A DNA stretch of 64,000 nt, taken from contig NC_068981.1 of the NCBI RefSeq assembly GCF_001194135.2, positions 18,195,382 to 18,259,381 of the forward strand, written 5' to 3'. This DNA is from Octopus bimaculoides (taxonomy: Eukaryota). The stretch's first letter is position 1; every line of letters starts with the position of its first letter. Shown one piece after another: positions 1-11,182 of the stretch. The notes beneath the pieces are model-generated. The model did not search any database, was not told the DNA's origin, and worked only from the letters and a program-made list of their open reading frames with translations. Both the position numbers and the translations under genes were made by a program.

Positions 1-129
1 TTTATTCTATTCTGTGTTGTTGTTGTTGTTGTTGGTGATTTTACTTTGTATCTTTTGGTTTTAAAATAGATACATCACATCCCTCCATGTGGCAACTGGA
101 AAGAATTTTTTAGTAATAGATTTTAAGAA

Positions 130-1420
130 TTAAGGACGATCCATGATATTGTCTACGATTCTGCTGCAGTCTTCAAATTCCATTTCCATTTAGACTGTCT
201 TCTGCATGTGAAGAAAATCAGATAAGTTTATCTGATTGACAAAGCAGATTAAGAAAAGAGAGAGAGAGAGAGAGTCTTCTTTTGAAATGATAAATTTAAA
301 GTGTTTAAAGTTTAAAATTTTTAGAACATAAAAGCATTGTAACCGAATGTGATGATCCACTTTGCATCATCAAAGAAACTTACTTGGCTTCTGTATTGGT
401 AAGAGAAATGCAAAGACTTCCATCAAAATTTTGGAGAGCTGAACCAGAACTCTTACTCTTGAAAGCCGCTTAACTAGAGCAGCTATGTCTTTGCTATCAA
501 TATATTCATAAAGTCTTTTAAAAGCATAGAAATATTTTGAATGTCTTTGTAGGTAATTAACATCATCATCGTTTAACGTCTGCTTTCCATGCTGGCATGG
601 GTTGGACAATTTGACTGAGGACTGGTGGACCAGGTGGCTACACCAGGCTCCAATCTGATTTGGCAGAGTTTCTACAGCTGGATGCTCTTCCTAACGCCAA
701 CCACTCCGAGAGTGTAGTGGGTGCTTTTACGTGCCACCGGCACGAGCGCCAGTCAGGCGGTACTAGCAACAGCCACGCTCGAAATGGTGTATTTTACATG
801 CCACCTGCACAGGAGCCAGTCCAGCGGCAACGATCTCGCTCGAATGTCTTTTCATGTGCCACTAGCACAAGTTTCCAGTAAGGCGACGTTGGTAACAATC
901 ATGCTCAAATGGTGCTATCTACATGCCACCGGCACGGAAGCCAGACAGCTGCTCTGGCAACGATTACGCTCGGACGGTGCTCTTAGTGCTCCACCGGTAA
1001 AGGTGCCATCACGATTTCGCTTTTGCTGACTAGTTTCTTAAGCTGACTTCCATTTATAAAGTTAATCATTTTTTTTTTCTCTTAATGCTTCTCTGTATAC
1101 AATGCAGTAAATACCGACACAGACAGGGGAAACATGTTTTTCACATAGCACTATACTTAACAGAATACCCACCATGGCAACTGTTCCATCAGTAGTTAGC
1201 TAAATACATTTGTCCCAGGAAATTCTGATTATAATAAGAAAATCCTCATTGTTATTGAAAGAGTCTTCAGCGATTTCCTCTGCTATGTCAGTACAACATA
1301 CTGTTCAAACTTTTATATCCTGTATCTTGTCAGAGACATCTGGTAAATTCCATAACAAAGAAATTGTGCACAGTTCTGTCGATGCTTTCAACCATTTATA
1401 AGCCATAGCATGGTGCATTC
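130..1420 (-). pseudogene. Degenerate hAT (Charlie/Buster-like) transposase fossil, split by an RTE-tail insertion at 561-1020
   Basis: The minus strand reads, with stops, '...WDKCI*LTTDGTVAMVGILL...VGIYCIVYREALREK' (cf. CTDGA.AM.G...HC..HREAL). It resumes after the insertion with 'VNYLQRHSKYFYAFKRLYEY...VKRLSRVRVLVQLSKILMEVFAFL' (cf. VRWLSRGKVL.R.FEL). Confidence 0.7.
561..1020 (-). mobile_element. RTE-LINE 3' tail / RTE-mobilised short element ending in (GAT)n
   Basis: Reverse complement ends ...CCAACCCATGCCAGCATGGAAAGCAGACGTTAAACGATGATG. The same family occurs at about 4497-4885, 7268-7612, 9436-9543, 14255-14518, 17200-17640, 20207-20410, 25331-25770, 26225-26820, 28705-29060, 35580-35755, 36000-36285, 48470-49080, 61165-61375, 62923-63420 and 63781-63960. 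Confidence 0.85.
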
Positions 1421-3897
1421 TGTTATTTGTGCAAGACTTGGTCTTTTAAATTTTTTTACACAAATCTTCTGCTTTGTCTTATTGTGCTGTTTATTATAAA
1501 GTAGTGTTGTATGATGTTAAATGAATAGAAACATAAGTAAAGAGCTTGGTAGTGTGTCTCGGGCCAAGAGGCAGAGAGCATGAACTGTTAATATCAATGT
1601 TACTGCTTTGAAACTAGTTTAAAAATTTTATGATTTTTATGGCCTTCAGAATTATAAATAGAAGGTTATTCACTGAAATATATTGGTTTCAAATTTTGTC
1701 ACAAGGCCATCAAGCTCAGGGGAGGGGGTCAGTCAATTACATCGACCTCAGTGTTCAACTGGGACTTATTTTATTGACCCAAAAGGATGAAAGGCAAAGT
1801 GAACCTCCGTGGAATTGGAACTCAGATGGACGAAATGCTGAAAAGCATTTTGCCCAGCATACTAACAGTTCTGTCAGCTCACTGCCTTAATTTACTGAAG
1901 TATATTGCTATGTAAAATGAGTTGCCATATTTGATGGTATATAAGATGCACTTTCTTTACAAAAACATCTTTCAAAAAAAAAAAAAAAAGGATCAAACTA
2001 AGTCCCACGTGCAAAGCCGAGCCTCCCATAACCTAATTTTGTCCCTGATGTTCTCTTTTTCCTGAATATGTACCGTTGAAACGGGTGTGCATCTTTTATG
2101 CTTGTGTGTCCTTTAGACCATCAAATACATTTTCACATAATTGATCAATCTGTCAGAGAGAAATAAGAAAGTTTTGGTTTTCTGTCATAAAAAGATAAAG
2201 TTAGTCTTGATTATTGGCTGAAATAGGTGAAAATTTGTTGAAAAAGCATCTTATTATTGCCTTTGTTCAATGAAAATAAAATTTAAGTGCATAAAAGAAA
2301 TGTCTTAGAGAAAAAGAAAATTAGCAACTTACCATATTTTTAAAGTCTAGTATGATTAAAACAACATTTGATTATCAAAAATAGCATGCTGTAAATTAAT
2401 AATGAAAATTAATATAAATAAACAAAACAATCTATTTCAGTGTTTTTTAATTATTTATGAGCATATCAATATCTTAAATGTTTTATTATTTTATCATGAC
2501 AGTTAAATTCTTTTCTTTAGCCTAAAATCTCTTGAGAGCAGAAATGGTTCAACATTTAACACAAAATAAATTTTTTCTAAAAAATGTTTTTTTTTTTGTA
2601 ATGTTAATGTTTTATCTAAAATTAACAATTTCGATAAATCTTATCTGATGAATTTTACTAACAAACTTTGTCAGAACCCTGAACATATTGCTACAAACCC
2701 TCAGGGTTTATATGAACTCAGGTTGGTGATCACTGGCCTAGAGTAACAAGAGAAACATGAGGATAGTTATTATAGTACAACCAGTTTAATTAATATTAGG
2801 CCTGTATCAGCTATGAACAGAATAAAACAATAGGATCCAATCAAATTAGAAATGCTCTGTTTTAGCAAGAAGTAATACAAATAGATCAAATAGTGGAACA
2901 TATTTCATTGGTGAAGAAGAAGAGAAATGTAATGTTTCATATATTTCTCATTCTTTGGATGGAGAGAGAGAAAGATAAGAGATTTAATAAAGGACGAATA
3001 TCCAAAATGCCAAACTTCTTCCTCGTGGCATAAAACATATTCTATCATTTGAGTTATAAACATAGATGTTGCTGTAATCTCTAATCTCAGTGATAAAAGG
3101 ATCCTCTGTTTGGATGCTAGGATTACTGGAAATTGAGGACAAATCTCCTTTAATCCCACTCTACTATCTTAAAATAGGCAGGACATGTTTAACAATACAT
3201 ATACCAGGAAATATGAAAAAAAGGTAACAGAATGGTCTAAGTTTTGATTATACATTAGTTAGACCAGAACTGATTTGGGGTAAAAAAAAAAAAAAAAAAT
3301 ACTTATACCAATGTGACAGTAGACACATATACAAACCTAACAGTCAGTTATGGCTGGTTTCAAAAATTAAGAGGTCCATCATAGATTATATCATAAGCTG
3401 TTATTAGTTTATTGCCAATTCAACATGGCTGTTCCATAAAAACCGACATTACTACCATTTTAACCCCAGGATGACACTTCCAGCTGGTTGTTCAATACCC
3501 TCTACACCTGGTTCAATACCATCTACACCAGGCCTGAAATTTTGTGGGCTGGGGCCAGTTGATTAGATCGACCGCAGTATACAACTGGTACTTAATTTAT
3601 CAACCCCGAAAGGATGAAAGGCAAAGTCAACTTCGGTGGAATTTGAACTCAGAACTTAAAGACAGACAAAATACCGCTAAACATTTCGACTGGCATGCTA
3701 ACATTTCTGCCAGCTCGCCGCCTTTATATATATACTGTAAGGGTGGTGAACCCCTACCATCTTCCAGTCATGAAACCACCATCCTGTATTATTGGTTTTG
3801 AATGCTTTGTGCTCATCCTTGGTGGTGGATTCTCATCCTCTAGAGATAGAAGTGGTTCACTTCAGTTCATAATATATAGAAAATAAGTGACATCCAG

Positions 3898-3966
3898 TCA
3901 TTGATCTTGCAACGAGCAGCTTAGAGATTTTCTAACGAGCTAATTTGCTTGTTGCAAGATCAGTGA
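3898..3966 (+). ncRNA. Pre-miRNA-like hairpin (candidate)
   Basis: TCATTGATCTTGCAACGAGCA pairs 21/21 (2 G:U) with TGCTTGTTGCAAGATCAGTGA. The intervening segment folds further (TTAGA/TCTAA). Confidence 0.3.
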
Positions 3967-4051
3967 GTGGGTGAACTACTGTGCTTACATTTCATTATCT
4001 TTTGTGTCTTTTATGGATGAAACTTAAAATATTATGGTTAATTTGTTGCAG

Positions 4052-4171
4052 GAAATCTCACACATTGGAGAAGAAAAATGGTATGACTTGAATATTTCTG
4101 GCAGACGCTTGACTAAAAGTATGAAAACAATTGGGAAGATTTTCATGAAATTGAGTATTTCTGTTAAACAG
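4052..4171 (+). CDS. Exon A of an UNC13/Munc13-family-like gene (end of a C2 domain)
   Basis: Acceptor ttgttgcag|, donor |gtaatt, 120 nt, phase 0-0. Encodes EISHIGEEKWYDLNISGRRLTKSMKTIGKIFMKLSISVKQ, resembling the Munc13 C2B end 'WYNL.KR...SAVSGAIRLHISVEIK' (from memory). Confidence 0.7.
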
Positions 4172-5459
4172 GTAATTCTATCATCTTTCATATTTTGGTT
4201 AGGTAATTTCAGGTATGGCAGGAGCTGGTGTAGCTATGTGGTAAAAAATTTGTTTGCTAACTACATGGTTATGGGTTCAGTCCCACTGTGTGTCACCTTG
4301 GATAGGTGTCTTCTGGTATATTCTCTGGTTGACCAAAACCTTATCAATGGATTTGGTGAACATTGTAAGTGTATATGTGTGTGTGTGTGTGTGTCACTGT
4401 CCCCTTGACTTGACATCACATGATAGTTGTAAACGAGTATCACCATCATACAAGTGGTGTCCTTTGTTTCCAATCATTGGTTAAAACCTATCTGGACATC
4501 ATCATCGTTTAACATCCGCCTTCCATGCTAGCATGGGTTGGATGATTTGACTGAGGACTGGCGAACCAGATGGCTGCACCAGGCTTCAATCTGATTTGGC
4601 AGAGTTTCTACAGCTGGATGCCCATCCTAATGCCAACCACTCCAAGAGTGTAGTGGGTGCTTTTATGTGCCACCGGCACGAGGGCCAGTCAGGCAGTACT
4701 GGCAACGGCCACACTCAAAATGGTGTTTTTTACGTGTCACCTGCACAGGAGCCAGTCCAGCGGCACTGGCAACGACCTCGCTCGAATGTCTTTTCACGTG
4801 CCACTGGCACAAGTGCCAGTAAGGTGACACTGGTAACGATCACGCTCAAATGGTGCCATTTACATGCCACTGGCATGGTGACATATAACCTTAGTTGAAA
4901 ACAGGTAAAGTTTGGCAACAGGATGGGCATCCAGCTGTAGAAAATCCATTTCATTAAATTCTATCAGACTCATCTAAGCATGGAAAAGTGAATATTAAAA
5001 TGGTGATGATGATGATGATAATGAATGCTAGCTGAGGATGGCAATATATAAAGAACTATGATTAATTTAATGTGTGATCATTTAAACATATGTAGCTTAT
5101 TAAAATTCAAAATAACACGTGCATATATGGTCTGTGTGTGTGTGTGATTTGTTACACCTAGTATTTTGTTAATATGAAATATCTAATAAGCATGTCATGA
5201 AGCATATAAATAAATTAATTAATTCTATATAAATATGCATATCTAATTATATTCTGAAATTGATTTTAGTCCTAAGACATAGAGAGAATGTACGAGTCAC
5301 ACAACTTTTAACCCGTTTGGGTATCATTCAGCACTAGTACAGTCAGAACTGGACATGGTCTCCCCTGTAAAACTGTTTACATTTATAATTATATAAACCA
5401 TTCAGTAAAGCACACAAATTCTGTATACGAGCATACATATGTAACCTGCAAATTATGCA

Positions 5460-5600
5460 TAGTGGAATGGGCGAGGATCCTAAAGGACTCCCTTGGCCCA
5501 GGGAACATCTTTAACTCCAGAATGGAGGTCTTTGGACTGTGCTCATATTTCAGGAAATTCCTGCTGGCCTATTGGAACCCACAAGATGGAACGGTCACCA
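5460..5600 (+). mobile_element. Possible Ty3/Gypsy RT-RNaseH junction fossil
   Basis: 'DPKGLPWP' then 'VFGLCSYFRKFL' resembles 'FLGLCSYYRKF'. The match is short and frame-broken. Confidence 0.3.
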
Positions 5601-5859
5601 GTGATCGATAGCCAAGGAGAGACAATCCTCTTTGTTGACATTGATTAGTAGGGTCCTTTCCTCCTCCATATTCTAGAGAGGCCACTCATTAGAGAGGCTT
5701 TAAGCCAACAGATTTTGGGGTCTGATGATATGCCATAAAGCTAATCCCTTTATGGATGTGAAACCTAAGGTAATCTCATAAACCAGTCTTATCTAACGTT
5801 ATTATATACTGATCTGTAACTTAGAGTCTGCTTCTTTTTTCAGATTAATGTTTTTACAG

Positions 5860-6226
5860 ACAATCAGGGAGAAAAACTAGAGGTAGTCGATAGCTTCCGC
5901 TATCTGGGTGACTAAGTTAGTAGTGGGGGTGGGTGCGCTGAAAGTGTAGCTGCTAGAATAAGAATAGCCTTGTCAAAGTTTAGAGAGCTCTTACCTCTGC
6001 TGGCGACAAAGGGACTCTCACTCAGAGTAAAAGGCAGACTGTATGACGCATGTGTACGAACAGCCATGCTACATGGCAGTGAAACATGGGCTGTGACTGC
6101 TGAGGACATGCGTAAGCTCGCAAGGAATGAAGCCAGTATGCTCCGCTGGATGTGTAATGTCAATGTGCATACCCGTCAGAGTGTAAGTATCTTGAGAGAA
6201 AAGCTGAACATAAGAAGCATCAGTTG
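5860..6226 (+). mobile_element. RTE-clade LINE, C-terminal part of ORF (runs into gap)
   Basis: QGEKLEVVDSFRYLGD*VSSGGGCAESVAARIRIALSKFRELLPLL...RVKGRLYDACVRTAMLHGSETWAVT... is typical RTE post-RT sequence. Confidence 0.9.
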
Positions 6227-6964
6227 NNNNNNNNNNNNNNNNNNNNNNNNNNNNNNNNNNNNNNNNNNNNNNNNNNNNNNNNNNNNNNNNNNNNNNNNNN
6301 NNNNNNNNNNNNNNNNNNNNNNNNNNNNNNNNNNNNNNNNNNNNNNNNNNNNNNNNNNNNNNNNNNNNNNNNNNNNNNNNNNNNNNNNNNNNNNNNNNNN
6401 NNNNNNNNNNNNNNNNNNNNNNNNNNNNNNNNNNNNNNNNNNNNNNNNNNNNNNNNNNNNNNNNNNNNNNNNNNNNNNNNNNNNNNNNNNNNNNNNNNNN
6501 NNNNNNNNNNNNNNNNNNNNNNNNNNNNNNNNNNNNNNNNNNNNNNNNNNNNNNNNNNNNNNNNNNNNNNNNNNNNNNNNNNNNNNNNNNNNNNNNNNNN
6601 NNNNNNNNNNNNNNNNNNNNNNNNNNNNNNNNNNNNNNNNNNNNNNNNNNNNNNNNNNNNNNNNNNNNNNNNNNNNNNNNNNNNNNNNNNNNNNNNNNNN
6701 NNNNNNNNNNNNNNNNNNNNNNNNNNNNNNNNNNNNNNNNNNNNNNNNNNNNNNNNNNNNNNNNNNNNNNNNNNNNNNNNNNNNNNNNNNNNNNNNNNNN
6801 NNNNNNNNNNNNNNNNNNNNNNNNNNNNNNNNNNNNNNNNNNNNNNNNNNNNNNNNNNNNNNNNNNNNNNNNNNNNNNNNNNNNNNNNNNNNNNNNNNNN
6901 NNNNNNNNNNNNNNNNNNNNNNNNNNNNNNNNNNNNNNNNNNNNNNNNNNNNNNNNNNNNNNNN

Positions 6965-7008
<44 letters not shown>

Positions 7009-7625
7009 CATACATACATATATACAACAGGGTTCTTTCAGTTTCCATCTACCAAATCTATATATATATATATATAGGGAGAGAATTCACAAAAAAACAA
7101 AAGACGAAGACAGGTGGTATAGACAACAAGCAGATGTATTAGTCTCGAAGTGAAAAAGTCTTTGTTTTGAGCCTATGCACCTCCACAGAAAGAAACAAGG
7201 AGAGAAAATAAAGAATGTGTAGTGGCTAGCAATCTATCACGGCAAATGCTGGATGTATATATATATATAAAAGCGCCATTTGAGTGTGATCGTTTCCAGC
7301 TTCGCCTTACTGGCACTTGTGCCAGTGGCATGTGAACAAAACATTAAACTGATTCCTGTGCAGGTGGCACATAAAAAACACCATTTGAGCGTGGCCATTG
7401 CCAGTACCGTTGGACTGGCCCTCATGCCGGTGGCACGTAAAATGCACCCACTACACTCTCAGAGTGGTTGGCGTTAGGAAGGGTATCCAGCTGTAGAAAC
7501 TCTGCCAGATCAGATTGGAGCCTGGTGTAACCATCTGGTTTGCCAGTCCCCAGTTAAATCGTCCAACCCATGCTAGTATGGAAAGCGGATGTCAGATGAT
7601 GATGATGATGATATATATATATGTA

Positions 7626-7671
<46 letters not shown>

Positions 7672-7850
7672 ATTAATTAATCATGTTAAAATCAAGGTAT
7701 TTTAATATTAAGGACACTAAGTGAGAGTTGAGATCTGCATATCCATGTATATGCCATATACAAACACATCCATATATACTCATACATACATGGACACACC
7801 CATACACTTACACATAAATGCACACACAAATATACACATACATAAAGATA

Positions 7851-8040
7851 TATTGGGTTGTCCGGAAAGTTCGTGCTGATTTTTAAAGGAAAGAAAAAGG
7901 TCAATAAATACTTGCCATGACATTTTTAATCAACCAAATATGAACGATTTTGTTGCACAATGCGTCTCCATCTTTCCTTTAACTTGAAAATACCCTCTTC
8001 CCAGAATTGAGGTGGTTTCATGGCAAATAAGTCGAAAGGT
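7851..8040 (-). mobile_element. Mariner transposon 3' end fragment with TIR
   Basis: The TIR-like TATTGGGTTGTCCGGAAAGTTCGTGCTGATTTT starts at 7851. The minus strand encodes the mariner C-terminus FAMKPPQFWEEGIFKLKERWRRIVQQNRSYLVD*. Confidence 0.85.
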
Positions 8041-8201
8041 AAGCTACTATAGATCAGCATGAACTTTCTGGATAATACAATACATGCACATGAAATTATA
8101 TACTGGTGCAGTTTCATGATTGAATGTAAGTTCCAGATCCAACTTAGAGAAGGTTCCAGGTATGGTGTTTACATAAAAAAATAACACAAATGGGTTGAAG
8201 A

Positions 8202-8286
8202 TTCACTACACCTGTTTCAAACACATTTTTTTTATTGATGAATAATTTGATTACATCCTGAAAAAAAACTGTTTTCTTCAGGTGAA
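8202..8286 (-). ncRNA. Mirror type-I hammerhead ribozyme motif
   Basis: Minus strand reads TTCAC-CTGAAGA-AAAC...GTTT-GAA-ACAGGTGT-A-GTGAA. Helix I is perfect and helix III has one mismatch. Confidence 0.55.
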
Positions 8287-8306
8287 TTAAAATTTTAGAT
8301 TTTTAA

Positions 8307-8388
8307 TTCATCTGAAGAAAATGATATTTTTCGTGATGTAATCAAATTATTCATCAATAAAAAATGTGTTTGAAACAGCTGTAGTGAA
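8307..8388 (+). ncRNA. Type-I hammerhead ribozyme motif with enlarged loop II
   Basis: TTCAT-CTGAAGA-AAAT...GTTT-GAA-ACAGCTGT-A-GTGAA gives helix I (5 bp), the core, helix II closing pairs, a palindromic helix III and A17. Confidence 0.6.
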
Positions 8389-8408
8389 CCTTTAACCCAT
8401 TTGTGATC

Positions 8409-8439
<31 letters not shown>

Positions 8440-9550
8440 CATACATATATATATATATATAAATATGTATGTATATATATATATATAGGCTAAAGTAGTG
8501 ATGAAAGGCAAACAATTAGACAAGACACAACAAGGACATTTTATTTGATNNNNNNNNNNNNNNNNNNNNNNNNNNNNNNNNNNNNNNNNNNNNNNNNNNN
8601 NNNNNNNNNNNNNNNNNNNNNNNNNNNNNNNNNNNNNNNNNNNNNNNNNNNNNNNNNNNNNNNNNNNNNNNNNNNNNNNNNNNNNNNNNNNNNNNNNNNN
8701 NNNNNNNNNNNNNNNNNNNNNNNNNNNNNNNNNNNNNNNNNNNNNNNNNNNNNNNNNNNNNNNNNNNNNNNNNNNNNNNNNNNNNNNNNNNNNNNNNNNN
8801 NNNNNNNNNNNNNNNNNNNNNNNNNNNNNNNNNNNNNNNNNNNNNNNNNNNNNNNNNNNNNNNNNNNNNNNNNNNNNNNNNNNNNNNNNNNNNNNNNNNN
8901 NNNNNNNNNNNNNNNNNNNNNNNNNNNNNNNNNNNNNNNNNNNNNNNNNNNNNNNNNNNNNNNNNNNNNNNNNNNNNNNNNNNNNNNNNNNNNNNNNNNN
9001 NNNNNNNNNNNNNNNNNNNNNNNNNNNNNNNNNNNNNNNNNNNNNNNNNNNNNNNNNNNNNNNNNNNNNNNNNNNNNNNNNNNNNNNNNNNNNNNNNNNN
9101 NNNNNNNNNNNNNNNNNNNNNNNNNNNNNNNNNNNNNNNNNNNNNNNNNNNNNNNNNNNNNNNNNNNNNNNNNNNNNNNNNNNNNNNNNNNNNNNNNNNN
9201 NNNNNNNNNNNNNNNNNNNNNNNNNNNNNNNNNNNNNNGTGTTCTCACTACATGAATAAATGGAGCTTGTACGAAACGTACGTACTGCTATAACCTATTG
9301 AATTTTTGTTGCTTAACTTCAAATCTCTCTCTATATATATATATATGGGAGAATATACAAATAATAACAACAGACGAGGACAGGTGGTGTAAATACCAAA
9401 AGTATATATTAGTATGACGCTCGGGAATATATAATTAGATTGGAGCCTGGTGTTGCCATCTGGTTTCACCAGTCCTCAGTCAAATTGTCCAACCCATGCT
9501 AGCATGGAAAGCGGACGTTAAACGATGATGATGATGATGATGATATATAT

Positions 9551-9951
9551 ATTTATATTAAGAGCATTACTATACATAAATGCCTCACACTAGGAGGGAC
9601 TCTTAAAGCCAAAACTGCCATAATAAACACATTGTACCGGACGCAAGGGAATGCAACTCTTGAAGCAAACCTTTTAAAAACAGATTCAGCTGCAGATCAT
9701 ATGATTTCATAATTAGTGCATAAAAATGCACTTTGTTCATTTTTATATGTCTTGCACTGAAGATTAAAATGTGCATTTTTGTGCACTAATTATGAAATCA
9801 TATGATGTGCAGCTGAATTTGTTTTTAAAAGGCTCGCTTTGAGAGTTGCATTCCCTCGCGTTCGGTACAATGTGTTTATTATGGTAGTTTTGACTTTAAG
9901 ATTCCCCCCTAGTGTGAGGCATTTATGTATAGTAATGCCCTTAATATAAAT
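9551..9951. mobile_element. ~400-bp fold-back element with hammerhead motif
   Basis: Arms 9551-9731 / 9770-9951 are about 90% complementary by eye. TGCA-CTGAAGA (9753-9763) ... GAA-ATCATATGAT-G-TGCA (9794-9811). Confidence 0.85.
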
Positions 9952-10071
9952 AAATATATTTATAAATTTCAATAAATTTTTCCCTTATGAGGTTTTTCAC
10001 ACTAACTACTTGATAAATTCATATAAAGATTTTATCCTATTTTAAAATTATATATATATATATATATATAT

Positions 10072-10228
10072 AAGTGCAGGCATGGCTGTGTGGTAAGAAG
10101 CTTGCTTCCCAGTTCCATGGTTCCAGGTTCAGTCTCACTACGTGACACCTTGGGCAAGTGTCTATATAGCCTCAAACTGACCAAAGCCTTGTGAGTGGAT
10201 TTGGTAGATGGAAAATGAAAGAAGCCTG

Positions 10229-10268
<40 letters not shown>

Positions 10269-10490
10269 ATGTATGTATTTGTGTGTGTGTGTCTGTGTTT
10301 GTCCCCCCACCATCACTAGATAACCGATGTTGGTGTATTTGCGTACCCCATAACTTAGTAGTTTGGCAAAAAAGACTGATAGAATAAGTACTGGGCTTAG
10401 AAAGAATAATTCCTGGGGTCGATTTGTTCAACTAAAGGTGGTAATCGAGCATGGCCACAGTCAAATCACTGAAACCAATAAAAGAATAAA
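10072..10490 (+). mobile_element. tRNA-derived SINE, type A (octopus OK/OR-like)
   Basis: The head GGCTGTGTGGTAAGAAGCTTGCTTCCCAG...GGTTCAGTC has A/B boxes, followed by a central (TA)n(TG)n and the tail CAGTCAAATCACTGAAACC. Other copies lie at about 4215, 18978, 21685(-), 22387, 25800, 29280(-), 30735, 32180(-), 41610, 45495, 47400(-), 47765(-), 54705(-), 57620(-), 58558 and 60127. Confidence 0.9.
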
Positions 10491-10959
10491 AGAATATATA
10501 TATATATATATATATATATCATTGTTGTTTATATCTATATATGTATGTTTGTTTCTATGTATGTATGCATACACATGCAACACACTCACACATGTGCACA
10601 CACAAACACACACACACACACACTCACACACACACACATGCACTCACACATGCACCCACATACACATGCACTCACAAACAGACAAGCACACACAAACACA
10701 CAAGCACACACTCACAAACACATATACACAAGGACACTCACATGCACATACACACGCACACACATACATGCACCCACACACATGCATTCACAAACACACA
10801 CGCACACTCACACACACAAACACACACACACACACTTACATGCACACACACACACATGCACATGCACACATACACACACACACAAACACACAAGCCCACT
10901 CTTACATGCACATACACACGCACACACAAACGCACACATACATGCAGAACGTTAGCACG

Positions 10960-11182
10960 AGCTGGCAGAAACGTTAGCACGCCGGGTGAAATGCTTAGCG
11001 GTATTTCGTCTGCCGCTACGTTCTGAGTTCAAATTCCGCCGAGGTCGACTTTGCCTTTCATCCTTTCGGGGTCGATTAAATAAGTACCAGTTACGCACTG
11101 GGGTCGATATAATCGACTTAATCCGTTTGTCTGTCTTTGTTTGTCCCCTCTGTGTGTAGCCCCTTGTGGGTAGTAAAGAAAT
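10960..11182 (+). mobile_element. tRNA-derived SINE, type B
   Basis: GAGCTGGCAGAAACGTTAGCACGCCGGG...GAGTTCAAATTCCGCCGAGGTCGACTTTGCCTTTCATCC. Copies lie at about 1700(-), 3530(-), 15198(-), 15828-16480 (tandem cluster), 20440(-), 22158, 33231-33665, 49100(-), 50200 and 59070(-). Confidence 0.9.

Larger units (their letters stand above)
8184..8404. mobile_element. ~220-bp fold-back element carrying a hammerhead motif on each strand
   Basis: Arms of about 105 bp (8184-8292 / 8301-8404) are near-perfect inverted repeats. Confidence 0.85.

Noticed and set aside
370-609. ORF with a good donor site, read at first as a host exon
   Set aside because: It is better explained as part of the hAT transposase fossil plus the RTE tail.
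2890-3160. Purine-rich segment with coding-like appearance
   Set aside because: There are stops in the + frames, and the minus-strand ORF (2905-3159) has no recognisable motif.
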